A model generated the notes under the pieces. That model was not told the origin of the DNA and did no database searches. It saw nothing but the letters and a program-made list of their open reading frames with translations. Source: Octopus vulgaris (Eukaryota). Taken from it: 64,000 nucleotides of DNA. A program made the translations under genes and the position numbers. How positions within the stretch are numbered: position 1 is the stretch's first letter; every line of letters starts with the position of its first letter. Positions 1 through 13,670 of the stretch are shown piece after piece. The DNA is taken from NCBI GenBank assembly GCA_951406725.2, contig OX597834.1, forward strand, positions 45,570,001 to 45,634,000, in the 5' to 3' direction.

Positions 1-330
1 GTGGTAGCCACTTCAACATATTATAGACCTGTCGATTGTAAATGAGGATTAATTGGCATCAGGAATTACTATTATTACTAATTCGCTAATATCTTAATAG
101 TACATGCAGACACCGAATATTCCATATTGATCATAAGTAATATATTTGATGCAGTATTACTTGAGTGCAGTTTTAGGCATTTAGACTTGGAGCGCAGGAA
201 AATCGTAACATATTACATCCGATATTCTAAAGGTGTTGCCAATAGCACGCATATGTATGTACATATTACATATGTATGCATGTGGGCGCGTGTCTTTGTG
301 TGTATGCATGTATGAGTACGTATGTATGTT

Positions 331-466
331 GCGGTTCGGCAAAGAGATTGATAGAATAAGCACAAAGCTTTAAAAACTAAATAGACATGGGGTCGAGTCA
401 TTCGACTAAACCTTTCTCAAGGCGGTGCTCCATCGTTGCTGCATCTAATGACTGAACAAGAAAATA
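331..466 (+). mobile_element. 3' part of OR-like CORE-SINE
   Basis: gcggttcggcaaagag..atagaataag..ggggtcga..cgactaaa..aaggcggtgctcc matches the 3' half of the full copy at 52208-52680. Confidence 0.75.
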
Positions 467-469
467 TTG

Positions 470-528
<59 letters not shown>

Positions 529-533
529 TATAT

Positions 534-747
534 AACCGGAAGCTTTATGAAAATAAACAAAAGACGAAGGCAGGTGGAATACAAACAAACAATTGTATTA
601 GTATGGCGCTCAGGAATATAAATAAAACAAGTCTTTTACGTTTCGAGCCTACGCTCTTCAACAGAAAGATACACAGAAAAGAAACACGGAGAGAAACAAG
701 GAGATAAAAAAATGCGTGCAGAGGCTAGCGAATCAACATGGCGATCT
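534..747 (-). mobile_element. Short Penelope-LTR-like repeat carrying a minimal hammerhead-like motif, copy 1
   Basis: Close reverse-complement match to 24855-25033; contains TCTTT-CTGTTGAA-GAGC-GTAG-GCTC-GAAACGTA-AAAGA on the minus strand (669..632); 3' end abuts (TA)n. Confidence 0.7.
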
Positions 748-782
748 CATATATATATATATATATATATGTATATGTATGT

Positions 783-816
<34 letters not shown>

Positions 817-835
817 GTATATATATGTATATATG

Positions 836-876
<41 letters not shown>

Positions 877-877
877 A

Positions 878-1665
878 TAGGCTGTGATGGATTGCCTGTG
901 AGAAAAACAGCAAGATAATGCAATTCACTCTGGCAGAAATTTGAAAACGACACACTGTACTGCTTGGCAATCTCGACGGAGGCTCCTATACGAACATTTC
1001 AGAGTGTGTGGGTGTGAATCTGAGGAGAATGCAATCTGAGGACATGTACAGAGTGCGATAAAAATCAAACTTCCCGTCAACATAATGCTGCCTGCTTGAT
1101 CACTACTAATGGCAAACTTCTGCCTCCATTCATCTTCCCACACGGCCTCAGTTTCAACAGAGAGACCTATGTCAATTGCCTGGAGAAGTTAATGCTGCCT
1201 TGGGTCAAGTTAATGCTGCCTTGGGTCTGCTGGATAATACTATGTCTGGTAGCAGGACTCTGCACCATGACACACAAGTAGTGGAGCCTAATTAAAGCCC
1301 TCAGCTAATATCTGCGACCACATCACACCTGACTCCCCAGACCTCAATCCCCGTGATATTATGGGTGGGTTGCAGTTGAGAGAGAGAACAACAAAACTTC
1401 TTTAAACACCAAAGATTAACTGAAAGCAAGGATTATGGCAGCATTCATCAGCTTAAACAAGGAGACCATCCAGAAGAGATGCAAGAGATTCCGAAGTCCT
1501 CTGGAAGCCGTGGTCGAAGCCAATGGTGATTTCATTGAAGAAATATACTCTTTAGTATTTCAAGATATATTTATGTAATTTTGATAAACATATCTCTTAA
1601 AATGAGATGTCAATGTCGTTTTCACTTTTGCGTAATTTAGACGACATTTTATTCTCTGAACCCTG
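878..1665 (+). mobile_element. Decayed maT/DD37D-like Tc1-mariner DNA transposon
   Basis: Interrupted translation gives LPPFIFPHGL, YVW*QDSAP*HTS, SPDLNP, RFRSPLEAVVEANGDFIE; 3' end aatttagacgaca..ccctg; same family as 42635-43030. Confidence 0.8.
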
Positions 1666-1769
1666 TGTATATATATGTGTGAGCATGTATTTGTGTGTCT
1701 GTGTGTCTGTGTGTGTGTTTGTGTATGCGTGTGTGTACGTATGCGTGTGTATGTATGCACTTTATAGTG

Positions 1770-1975
1770 TACGACGGCGAGGGTTCCAGTTGATCCGATC
1801 AACGGAATTGCGTGCACATATAATTATGTGCAAGTGGCTGAGCACTTCACAGACACGCCTACTCTTAACCAAGTCCACTGGGAAGTTCAGTATGACATAA
1901 TAAATCTTGCCTTTGAAAGACAGATAATACTCATTTTCGCCAGCTGAGTGGACTGGAGCAACATGAAATAAAGTA
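1770..1975 (-). mobile_element. SINE-like interspersed repeat fragment
   Basis: Minus strand gctccagtccactcagctggcgaaaatgagta resembles a conserved SINE central domain; short related motif (cctactcttaacc) near 59762. Confidence 0.5.
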
Positions 1976-2697
1976 TATATCTATATATATATATACGTCT
2001 GTGTATATGTACGCAGTGGTGGGGTGTCTATGCATGGGCAGGTGTACATGTGTTGAAGACGTTCTGTTTGTATTTGCGTTCATAGATGTTTGCATTCCTA
2101 TATGTATTGTCGTAAATCTTTTGTACACATAAAGCCACCTCTTTGATATAAAGGGATCTATAAATTTTGACCAGGATTAATCGATTATATTAAATTAGGC
2201 ACATAAAGACTGTGCTGCGGGATGGCCCATGGTCAATAAATGAATAGTGTTAACGACAGCTGGATGTGCGCTTATGTAATATATTAAAACAATGGGGTGT
2301 AAGAAACGTTTTCCTGTTTAAATTCAAGTAATTTGAGCAACAAAATTATATACGAAAATTTACGTATCTCGTACATTTATTGGAAATATGCATGTAAAAT
2401 CAAAAGAAGATGTTGTGGCTGCTATTCTTTATGCTAAGCAGCAAAAATAGCATTGCAGAGTTTTTATATCTTAGGCGGGCCACGCATTATAATTCTTGCC
2501 TATTTACAGGCGTTGCGTTTGTTCCTGGAAAGAAACAAAATGGCGCACGTCGCAGTCGTTGTTTACCGATAAAGACTGAATATTTATTGTAAATGGGTTT
2601 ACATGAAAAACTCTTCGAAAATAATACCCAAAGATAGCCGTCACTCAGTCTCTCTCTTATTCACTTAATACACATAATGCAGACATATATATGCAAA

Positions 2698-3328
<631 letters not shown>

Positions 3329-3344
3329 ATATACATATATTATA

Positions 3345-3418
3345 TATTGTGAAATTTGATTTAAAATTGTTAAATTGAATTTTTCCCTGTAAGATTTGGA
3401 ATTATATTTCCTACTGTA
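3345..3418 (-). repeat. Short (TA)n-associated interspersed repeat; homologous copy at 29394-29465
   Basis: Reverse complement contains cttacagggaaaaattcaattta, matching cttacagggaaaatttagattta at about 29418. Confidence 0.6.
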
Positions 3419-3467
3419 TATATATACATACATATATATATGTGTGTGTGTATGTGTGTGTGCGCGC

Positions 3468-3515
<48 letters not shown>

Positions 3516-3710
3516 GTATGTATTTATTATATCATGTAGGGCTCTTTAGTATTAGTGGTGAATTAAGCAATAGCTTTTTTATAGACCGCATGTTCCTTAA
3601 ACTTCTAAAAAAACGCTGACATTGTGATCGAAATTTTAGCCAACTTGCCTTCGTTAGGCTGTCATATGTGTGGGCCTGTGTGTATACATATGAAAATACA
3701 TATATTATCT

Positions 3711-3808
<98 letters not shown>

Positions 3809-4215
3809 AATCCTCCTGAGTTATTATATATTGTTCACTATTATAATTTCACTATTATTACTATAATTATATTATTAATTTAAGTGCTAGAGATCCTAAT
3901 ATCGTCTCTCTTGCTCTATTTGGACAACAAATGATTGGTTTACCTACTGACGTTGCTGCGGTACTACATAGGTGAGCCGGTGTGCTGAGTCTACTAGTAC
4001 AGGCTGTTTGATTGGACAAATAGTTGACAGGCCTGGCAGAGGATTGGGGCAAGGGGGAGAGGATTTTTGAGAAGAGGGTCCGCAAGCTGGACATAGCATA
4101 GCTAAGATATAGAAATCTATGAACTGCATCTCAAAATTCTAGTAGAAGTTTTAAAACATCACATCTAAGGAAAATCACATTGTAGTTAAGATATAAAAAA
4201 TCTATAGACTTCTCA

Positions 4216-4257
<42 letters not shown>

Positions 4258-4479
4258 CATTGTTGTTGTTGTTGTTGTTGTTGTTATTGCCTACGTTGTC
4301 GTCGTCATTGTATTCAAAACGAAGTTCTATTTCCGTTGCCCTGCGTGACCAGTGTTAACATCTGCTGATATATGTCTATGTATATGTAACTGCATGCATG
4401 TGTATGTGTTCATATGTGTCCATATGACAGTGTGAAATGGTGTGTATGCCTGCGTGTATGTGATATGCGACGAAATAAG

Positions 4480-5000
4480 TGGAATGCTTCCAGATATACA
4501 AGAAGCCAGTGTATCATTACACCATGCTGTGTAAACTTTACTTAGCATACGAAATTCTCGGCCAGACATGTCACTTTCTATGAATGCTGTCGCATCCTCA
4601 CTGCAGCCAAGTAGAATTCTCGTGCTGGGTAATTTAGTTTCGCTTCTTTCCGTTTACAGTGTTTGGCGTTAGATTTGAATACAATGGCGCAGTTGTTAAC
4701 ACAAGCTTGAAGTCTGGCATTGAACAGTGTGTCGGGGAAACATTTTTCATTGTTCGGAGGAGAGGTTTCGTTACAAATTATGAACAATGTATCATCTCCG
4801 GCATACGGAAGGTGATTGCATTTCTGTCTTTGTATATTACAGGTGTTGCCAAATTTTAGTTGTTATGTAGCTTGTTTGGCCAACGCAGGTGATTTACAAT
4901 ATTCAGCAGGTATGATATCATAACTCCTGCTAGTACCATCAAGATGGTTGTTATTTGGGAACACTCCAGCACAACTGACCACTGTTTAGCAGTGCATACA
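4480..5000 (-). mobile_element. Possible highly decayed LINE reverse-transcriptase fragment
   Basis: Minus-strand pieces PVIYKD, FYLAAV, CDSIHRK loosely follow the RT motif order IxPIYK..LYxAFVD..FDSIxR; weak. Confidence 0.3.
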
Positions 5001-5126
5001 ACAAACTTACGAGGGTTGAGTTTTTTCCCAAAGATCATTTGCTGGTCTACCTTGCAAGTATATATCAGATTGAGTGTAGTGGCATCAACGGATAATGAAT
5101 TGTCACAATATCTCATGATTTATCGA

Positions 5127-5296
5127 TTAGGTCGTCCGGCAAAAAGTGATATACATAATTGAACTTTCAATAAATTTTATTCAATGAAATAATTTCCATT
5201 GTTACTAATCACCTTTGCCCTCTTTCAGGTGATTTAAATATTCTATCAGCATAAATATTTGACTGGTTTTAAAGAAAAGAGTTATCTAGATTCATT
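5127..5296 (-). mobile_element. Mariner 3' end fragment
   Basis: Minus strand encodes YADRIFKSPER..KVISNNGNYFIE* (mariner C-terminus, with a frameshift) next to a TTAGGTCGTCCG TIR-like end. Confidence 0.65.
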
Positions 5297-5354
5297 GGTA
5301 GTTATCGACATGTATGTGTGTGCGTGTGTGCCTGTGAGTGTGCGTGAGTGTGTG

Positions 5355-5393
<39 letters not shown>

Positions 5394-5477
5394 GGATAGT
5401 GTGTATTAGTTCATATAAAGAATAAAATTGTTCTCCGAAGAGAGAGTGCTCATGTTGTTTTTGAATATATGCATGTA

Positions 5478-5620
5478 TACGACAGGCTTTTTTCAATTTC
5501 CGTCTACCAAATCCACTCACAAGGCTATAGTAGAAGACATTGCCACAATGTGTCACGCAGTGAGACCACCCTCAGAGCTGTGTGGGTGGTAAGCAAGCTT
5601 CTTGCCACACAGCCACGCCT
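5478..5620 (-). mobile_element. OR-like CORE-SINE 5' half
   Basis: Reverse complement of gtggctgtgtgg..gtgagtggatttggtagacggaaa. Confidence 0.75.
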
Positions 5621-6299
5621 CTTACAAATTCCAAGTCCTAATAAGGGTAAAGAAAACAAGGCGAAAGTTGTTCAGCCATAAACATGACTGGTTAATTTTC
5701 ACTTTTTGCAATAATAATTCGAATTCTTAACGCAGGATAAGAATTGAATAACTTTCCTTCGTATGCCGAGAGGAAAACGTTTAAAATGAAACAGGAAACT
5801 GCGCAAGAATATTCTATGCATAATCGACATATGATTATTTATGATTATTAGGAGGTATATTCCGAGCGAAAAGCTCTGATTTTGTCATGAAACCGTATAT
5901 TATTTGACAAACTATTCAGAATTGCCTCAAGTACCGAGTATTGAGTTTACGCATTTATGATATCTAATAAGGATCTCCTCGTTTCCAGGTATATCAATAT
6001 AACAAATATTAACAATAAATAATTTATTGTTCGAGATTTTATTATTGCGGCTTCGAAATATTTTGCATTCAGTTTCACTCATTGTTATATTTCAAGCGCA
6101 TTTCAAACTTCAAATGTTTGTGTGTGTATGAGTGAGTGTGTGTGTGTGTGTGTGAGTGTGCGTATGTGTGCATGTATGTGTGTGTCAGTGTGTGCTTGTA
6201 CAGATACATGTTTATATATATATATGCATACATACTTATACACATACATAGATACATATACGCACACATATATAGATATATAAGTAGAGGAATAAAGAG

Positions 6300-6345
6300 A
6301 TAGATTGATAGACAGACAAACAGACAGTCAAACAGATAGATAGAT

Positions 6346-6424
<79 letters not shown>

Positions 6425-6427
6425 AAA

Positions 6428-6458
<31 letters not shown>
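6300..6458. repeat. (GATA)n/(GAAA)n compound microsatellite
   Basis: Direct inspection. Confidence 0.95.
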
Positions 6459-6459
<1 letters not shown>

Positions 6460-7378
6460 CAACATTTATTTTCCATTTTGAAAAATGCCGGACATTTGTC
6501 ATGCCGAAGATGAGTAGTTGTGATTTGAACGCCGGGTTTCAGCAGGTTACTTTGGTTCAAACTGAATCCCAGTTCCTCTGCCTTTTCTTTAGACAAATCT
6601 GGGGTCCTAATAAGATCATGAAGTGCTCCCTAGTTAAACGGTATATGTTCATGTTGCTGGGGTTCGTCTTGATAGTCATCATCCCAAGAGCTGCTACTGG
6701 AATCAGAATCCGTGTTTTGCTCCTGTTCAGCAGGTGAAACTGAAACCGGTAATTTTTCACTGTGTATTACTGGTGGGATTGCTGAAGTGATATTGCTGTA
6801 TTGCATTGCAGCTCGTGTCTTGACAGCTATCCCTTTCATGTTTTTAAGGCAGAAGTAGCAATCATTATTATGGCCTCTGGTTTCTCGCCACACAATTGTT
6901 ATGGCGAAAGACGAACCTGAGCCCCGCTTTCCAATCATCCATTCACTCGGGTTATTTACACAAGATCTACGCACTGTATGGGGCACGCATTTCTTGTCCC
7001 GGTCGCCTGATGGGATTTTAATGTAGGCTTTGCAGCTTAATCGGACTGCTTGGTGATAGTTAATGCTTTCTGGAGTGAAGAGTCCACAAATATAGCAAAA
7101 ACGGATGGGATCATTTACACTTGCAGTGTTACATCGTTTCCAATAAGGGTCAGTGATTGTGAATTATTGCAACAATAGCCTTGGCTAGTTGTAACTGAGT
7201 GATCGAAAGGAAATAAATAATCGGTTAGTGATAAGCAAATGTACTGGATGTAACATAGAGAAAATAATATGAGCTGCCCATTGTGAGTCGCTAAAACTGA
7301 CATGTTGGTTTTCGAAAACAAAACTATTCGGATTATACTAGAACTATGAAGAAAAAAATGTCTTTGTTGACCAATGTA
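6460..7378 (-). mobile_element. 5' part of a decayed DNA transposon of the m44-like type (CYIC / WRE / DCYFC N-terminal domain)
   Basis: Minus strand gives CVNDP..CYICGLFT, VPHTVRRSC, IVWRETRGHNNDCYFCL, SKEKAEELG..NLLKPG; terminus TA-CATTGGTCAACAAAG; truncated at the GATA tract. Family name is from memory. Confidence 0.7.
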
Positions 7379-7689
7379 AAAGATACTACTTAACACGGCT
7401 GTGAGATTATTCGGCGTAAGTCGGAATTCATTTCTACACCGGAGTGAATTTCTTTGCGTATGAAGTTAGTAGAGCAAAAAAACTGCTGAAATTAGTGTCA
7501 AGCGTTTAATATGTATGTATCTATATCTATGCATGTATGTATGTGTGTGTGTGTACAAAGTTATATATATATATATGGGGAGGGTATGTATGTATGAGTA
7601 TATATGTATGTATATACTAGTTTAAAAGCTGCCCTATCGGAACGCTTTTGAGTTAGTACATAACTGTTTATCAAGTGGTCCCCTATTGA

Positions 7690-7785
7690 GATGATCTGCA
7701 AACAGATCTCTGACTTGTTTTGGAGAATTTCTTGCAATTGCTACTTCTAGAATTATATCCCAATGATGATCATATTTGTCGCAAA
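7690..7785 (-). mobile_element. Helitron RepHel fragment
   Basis: Minus strand reads YDHHWDIILEVAIARNSPKQVRDLFA, matching the Helitron motif DDxHWDxxLxEA....SPxQxRxLFA between the Rep and helicase domains. Confidence 0.65.
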
Positions 7786-8549
7786 AAAACATGTAAGAAA
7801 AATCGCCGAAATCTATTGCAGAAATGAAAACATAGGAATCCCAAATTTCAAGATTGCTGATCCGGAATCAACCTTGTACAAGTTTTTTCGGCGCACTCAA
7901 TATCTGTGACACTTTCTCCGGTGACTGTGAGCTCCCTCGATATAATCGATGTCTTTTCCTTGTAAACATATAATTTTATTTCGCCCTTAAACAACACTGA
8001 TTTCCTAGTAGATCTGTCGTTAGATCTCTCAAAATGCTGAAAATCAATTTTTGATCAAGTTATTCCGAACCGTGGTGGATGCGTTAGAATGTATAGTCAG
8101 TCATATTGCCTGATATCTTAGGGTGTTTCGGATTTTTGATACTCAGATAAACATGCCCTGTTGATACCCACTGGATTGCTCGACTTCGAGTTTGTATCCC
8201 AACTGTTCGGAAACACGAGTGAGCCATTTTAATCCAAAGCTGTTCACTGACTTCTCTGCAGCTTCTATTATGAAGGGTGCTCAGGTAGTGAATTGTAAAA
8301 TAGTATGTTCCTCTGTTGGCTAGCGGTGCTCACGCCAGTATTATTTTCCGCATTGCTTCATCATCTCTTCATATTTCAAAAGCTTCCTCACCGAATCTTC
8401 TTCGGACAGTCCGGTGTGTGCACGGGTTAAATGTTTATCGTCATATACGTTCTGCTCAAATAAAATATGGCGAATGTTGGTGAATATTCCTCCCGGTACA
8501 TAAATTGCGTTTATTTACTGCTTCTAAAAGAATTCCCTTCCATAGATAT

Positions 8550-8606
8550 AAATATACATACATATATACATACATTCATACATACATACATACATACATA
8601 CATACA

Positions 8607-8690
<84 letters not shown>

Positions 8691-8693
8691 CAT

Positions 8694-8771
<78 letters not shown>

Positions 8772-8800
8772 CTGTGTGTGTGTATGTATGCGTGTATTTA
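8550..8800. repeat. (CATA)n/(TA)n/(CA)n compound microsatellite
   Basis: Direct inspection. Confidence 0.95.
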
Positions 8801-9075
8801 TGTAAGTACACACACTTCCATAAATTAGCAGCAGAATATAGTATACGCTATCATAAATATTTCGATATTCATCTGTAAAGTCGTCTATAAAACCAGAAAC
8901 ACACACACGTATCCTCCCCCGCATGTTCCTGAACGACAAGCTTCACACACTGGTACAATCATTCTTCTTTATTGAAATTCACAAATACCTTCTCAAGGCA
9001 GGCTTTCTGCCTACATTACAAAGAATAAGAAAGTAGCAGTTGTAGTAGTAGTAGAGAGAATATCTGTGTGTTACA

Positions 9076-9124
<49 letters not shown>

Positions 9125-9209
9125 GTAGTTATATACACACATAAATTTATATAGGTGTATATGTATAGGTATGTATATGTATATACACATACATATATAC
9201 ACATGTACA

Positions 9210-9295
<86 letters not shown>

Positions 9296-9433
9296 CATAT
9301 ATACATATATAGAGAGAGAGGCACCGAACCACAAGCTTAGTAAGGCAAACAAGCATTTTGTATGCGTTATGTTTCTGCTTACACGTAAATATGTGTGTGA
9401 AAGAGAAAGACATGGTGACAGAGAGAGACAGAC

Positions 9434-9465
<32 letters not shown>

Positions 9466-9865
9466 TGTGTGTGTGTGTCTACGTTCGTTCGTGGGTGCAG
9501 ATGTATGTGTGGTTGTGAGCGTGTATGCGGATGTGTCTTAAATATTATTTCCTGCATCTTTCCTCCTATGACCATTTCTGCATTATCTTATTGCATGCTT
9601 CAAAAATTACATTTAATTTATTAGATGATAAATGACCGCTGTTCGGCGTTAGCGATGCATTTCTCAATCTATGACTCTTCATTAAATATACATTTGAGAT
9701 AAAGGAAATTCTTGTCAAAAGAGTAAACATTTTTATCTCATTGACTAGAGAGTAAGTTGTCTTTTTAAAGATGTCAAACATCGTCTTCTCAGAGTTTCTT
9801 TTATAATTATTATTACTGCTACTGCTGCTGCTGCTTTTTATGTTGCTGTTGTTGTTGTTGTTGTT

Positions 9866-10052
9866 AAGGCGACAAGCTAGCATATTCGGTACCGTGTCAG
9901 ACGAAATGCTTAGCGGCATTCCGTCTGCCGCTACGTTCTGAGTTCGAATTCCGACGGTGTCGATAAATTAAATATCTGCCAAGTACTGGGATCGCTGTAA
10001 TCGACTATACCCGGCCCCAAAACTGCTGCTCGGCGGTAAAATTTGAAACCAT

Positions 10053-10053
<1 letters not shown>
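9866..10053 (+). mobile_element. tRNA-derived SINE (family 2), monomer
   Basis: aaggcgacaagctagc head, B-box gagttcgaattcc, gtcgataaatt core, tail aaatttgaaaccatt. Confidence 0.75.
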
Positions 10054-10093
<40 letters not shown>

Positions 10094-10103
10094 CAGCAAC
10101 AAC

Positions 10104-10181
<78 letters not shown>

Positions 10182-10222
10182 CATTATTATTATTATCATC
10201 ATCATCATCATTATTATCATTA
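10054..10222. repeat. (TAA)n switching to (TTA)n/(TCA)n
   Basis: Direct inspection. Confidence 0.95.
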
Positions 10223-10693
10223 TTGAGTGAGAGAGCAGTACATGTCATCAAAGTGACAATGGGGTAAAATATACGAAGCCCAGAATACCCATCATGACTA
10301 TCCGTTTGATAAGGGTACACCAGGCACATGCATCACAACCACATGTCCGCGACATGGTGATTTCATATCAAGATAAGCAGCATATGACCTTGCAGGTAGG
10401 GCCTAGTTAGAATTTTCTTCTGGTCGAGTAACCCATCCCGCCCAAAAGGTCCCTTAATAAGGGTTGTTTAAGTAAGTTGAACGAAACACCCATATTTCCA
10501 AAGGGGAATTATTCAAACCTCTAAGAATTAATTTCAACACATGGCTCTGATACTCTCCCACTACTTCTGCTCGTGATCAGAAATGCTGATATTGTCAGCC
10601 ACCAAGGAACATGGTCAACTGGTTCAGGTCAAAGAACTGACAAGCATATCTGTGGTATTGAGCATAATATTTGCTGTAGCCCATCTTTTATGC

Positions 10694-10695
<2 letters not shown>
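10223..10695 (-). mobile_element. Probable non-LTR retrotransposon 3' end sitting in an (AAT)n tract
   Basis: Higher-GC complex block flanked on both sides by (TTA)n; no diagnostic protein motif recognised. Confidence 0.5.
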
Positions 10696-10766
<71 letters not shown>

Positions 10767-11290
10767 GTTATACACTTCTGGAAGTTTATTCTTTTATTAA
10801 CAGTATTTCAACCTGAGAACTTTTCCCATACAGAATCCTGACAAAGCATAATATGAGCTATTTGATCATATGGGAATTTTTCGTCTTGTTTAAATAGTTT
10901 TACATCAATCGAACCAAACGTCCCTCCAAGCTGAAGCTATAAGGGGGAATTTATTTTCAGGATTCTAAAGACGAAAGCAAAAATAACAGCAATATGGTGT
11001 CATTGCATGCATTTGAAATGGAAAATTATTGACATTTACGTGATGAGAAAACTACCGAGGGCCGTGGTTGCGACATCTTTGGAGAAATCATCGCTGTCAA
11101 CAAAAGTAATTATCGTCAACATAAAATCCTATACATATACATGTCTGTCGAATAGAAATATCAGCTACCTCCTCAGACGAATTATGGAAGGAAGTCATTT
11201 ATACGTATGACAAGCAAGAATGAACAAAATATCTTCTCTACAAGAAAAAGAAATTAGACTGTGTTCGAAAAATGGAACGTTTTCAATCAT

Positions 11291-11386
11291 AAGCATAGAC
11301 GTGGCTGTGTGGTATCTAGCCTGATTGTGAACCATATGGTTCCGGGTTCGGTCCCACTGCGTGACACCTTGGGCAAGCGGCTTCTA
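11291..11386 (+). mobile_element. OR-like CORE-SINE head
   Basis: gtggctgtgtgg A-box, gggttcggtccc B-box, accttgggcaag CORE motif. Confidence 0.75.
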
Positions 11387-11389
11387 TGC

Positions 11390-12090
11390 GAAAAGAAATA
11401 CAAGTAACTGAAGAACATGTGGAGATGGAGAAGAAACAATAAACCATATTGTTTCTGGCAGCCCAGAGACAATATGATTATCTAAGAAGGAATATATTCA
11501 GAGACACGACAGAATTGAGACCTATATACACAGGAAGCTATGCCAAAACTGTGGAATCATTACAGAAAAAAAAGTTTGTATTTACACACGAGAGAAAGAT
11601 CGCAGAAAATGAGAAAGCAACCACTCTATGGGATATGCCAGGAACACAGATAGAGAAACTAAGCCTTATAGGCACGATATAGTTGTCAGAGTTCAGCAAG
11701 AAAAGAAAATGCTTTCTAATCGATGGATCAATACCACAGATGACAATGTTTCTTAAAAAGAAACGAAACTTTCAAAATACAAAGACTGGGAAATAAAGGT
11801 AACTCGAATGTGTAATCTAAAAACAGAATCAATTCCTCTCTTAGTAGGCGCATTAGGTATGATAAAAATATACTCAGACAAATACATAACAGAAACAACA
11901 GGACTTACAAATATATATAACATACAGAAAATAGCACCACTAGGCACTACACACATCTTACGTAAAGCATTTTCAGTACAGTAGAAATAAGAGCACCACA
12001 ACAAACCATAGCACATACCCAAGGCACACATAGCTGCGCTCGGTAGTACAGTGAAAGCACGGGATAAAAATAAGACTACTGAATACTACT
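11390..12090 (+). mobile_element. R4/Dong-type LINE 3' end (restriction-like endonuclease region)
   Basis: ENEKATTLWDMP, TDRETKPYRHDIVV, KCFLIDGSIP, KLSKYKDWEIKVTRMCNLKTESIPLLVGALGMIK (frameshifted); followed by a TAA-rich tail to about 12280. Confidence 0.85.
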
Positions 12091-12206
12091 ACTACTAATA
12101 ATAATAATGATAATGATAATAAATACAATAATAATAATAATGCAATGATAATGATAATAATAATAGTAATAATAGTAATAATAATAATAATAGTAATAAT
12201 AATAAC

Positions 12207-12253
<47 letters not shown>

Positions 12254-12691
12254 TAATAGTAATGTTATTATACTACTAATCTAACCTGCAATCACTGCTA
12301 TTACTGTTACTGCTAACACCATCAACATTGCTACCACTATTACTACTACCACCAACACCAGCACCACCACTGCCATTGATACTTCTACTACAAAATTATA
12401 CACCTTTATAAGCTGATGGAGGTGGTGGTGGTGATGATGGGCGATGCTGTTGTTGTTACGTAATCCCCAGCACATAACTCATCAAAATAAGTACGAAGAA
12501 AGAATCACAAGTTTAAGCTTTCCAAGTTCTTGTTTCTTTTATATTCAGACATGCGCACTAAACCTACCTCAACTAATATAACCTTCTTCTGATTTTTCAA
12601 TAATTGTGCGATTCGAAGTACATTTGGCTGCTGTTTTTAACATATCTTGTAACCATGGAAAGGCTTCTTTAGTTGTTGATATCATACTTAC

Positions 12692-12839
12692 TTTACATGT
12701 GGAGCGACGGACTGGCCATTTGGATAATTAAATGGCTACTTAGCTAGAAACACAAACCAACAGCAGTTACTACTGTTATAATTACGATCAATTAGGAACT
12801 AATTACGCTGATTGATATCTGTTACATTAATCTACATCT
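12692..12839 (-). other. Candidate 148-nt non-coding (UTR or lncRNA) exon
   Basis: Minus strand acceptor: T-run followed by gttgcag|; donor aaa|gtaagt; all three frames closed. Confidence 0.3.
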
Positions 12840-13579
12840 CTGCAACAAAAAAAAAACTGAAAGAAATTAATGAAAATTAAAAAGATGAAAGCCAAAAAAC
12901 ATCCATTGATTAACTGTAAAATACAACGAAATACTTCAAACGAAAACATCAATGAATATCTTAATTCAAAAGAAACTAATCATAAAACACATTTATTATA
13001 AGATTACTTCAGTTTAGGTCTTGAAGAATCGCCTGGTGACTTTCAATGAGCTGAGTAAACCGTGAAGCTAAATGTGAAGTCCGTGACAAAACGAAAATTA
13101 AAATATAAAATAAATTTGACTTTACTTTCGATACGGAGTTCACACTTAGTCAATAATAAGTTGTTTTCCTGAAACTTAATTTAAGATAATAATTTTAATT
13201 TAAAATGTTCGTACAACACACGAAGATTAATTAACCTCAGAAGTTGGTCACATCGCCATGTTTATTTATTTATTTAGTTATACATTTTCACTGTTTTGGT
13301 TATCAACGAAAATGGCTACCGCCTTGAAGGGTTTAGTGCAGCAAAAAGGACCCCTGTACTTATTTTTTTCTTTTACTGTCACTTGCATCTGCTATCGGAA
13401 TCGTCTGCTGAATCGTTAAGTTATGTGTAATTAATCAAACCGCCTCTGGTGCCAAGCGTTTGGCGGGTCAAACACAAGGACATACATGCGCCGAGCATAC
13501 ACACACAAACACACACACACAAACCCACACACGCCGCATGCACACACACTCACATGCATGCACGCACACACACACCCCA

Positions 13580-13670
13580 ATTACAGCAACGTGGCCGACA
13601 ATGCCGTTAACACCAAGCACTTCCTCAGAGACCTAACTCTGAATGGCTACCCACCATCTTTCAACCGTAT
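13580..13670 (+). mobile_element. Short Penelope-like RT C-terminal fragment
   Basis: KHFLRDLTLNGYPPSF resembles the PLE motif xxHLxxxLxxNGYPxxF. Confidence 0.45.
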
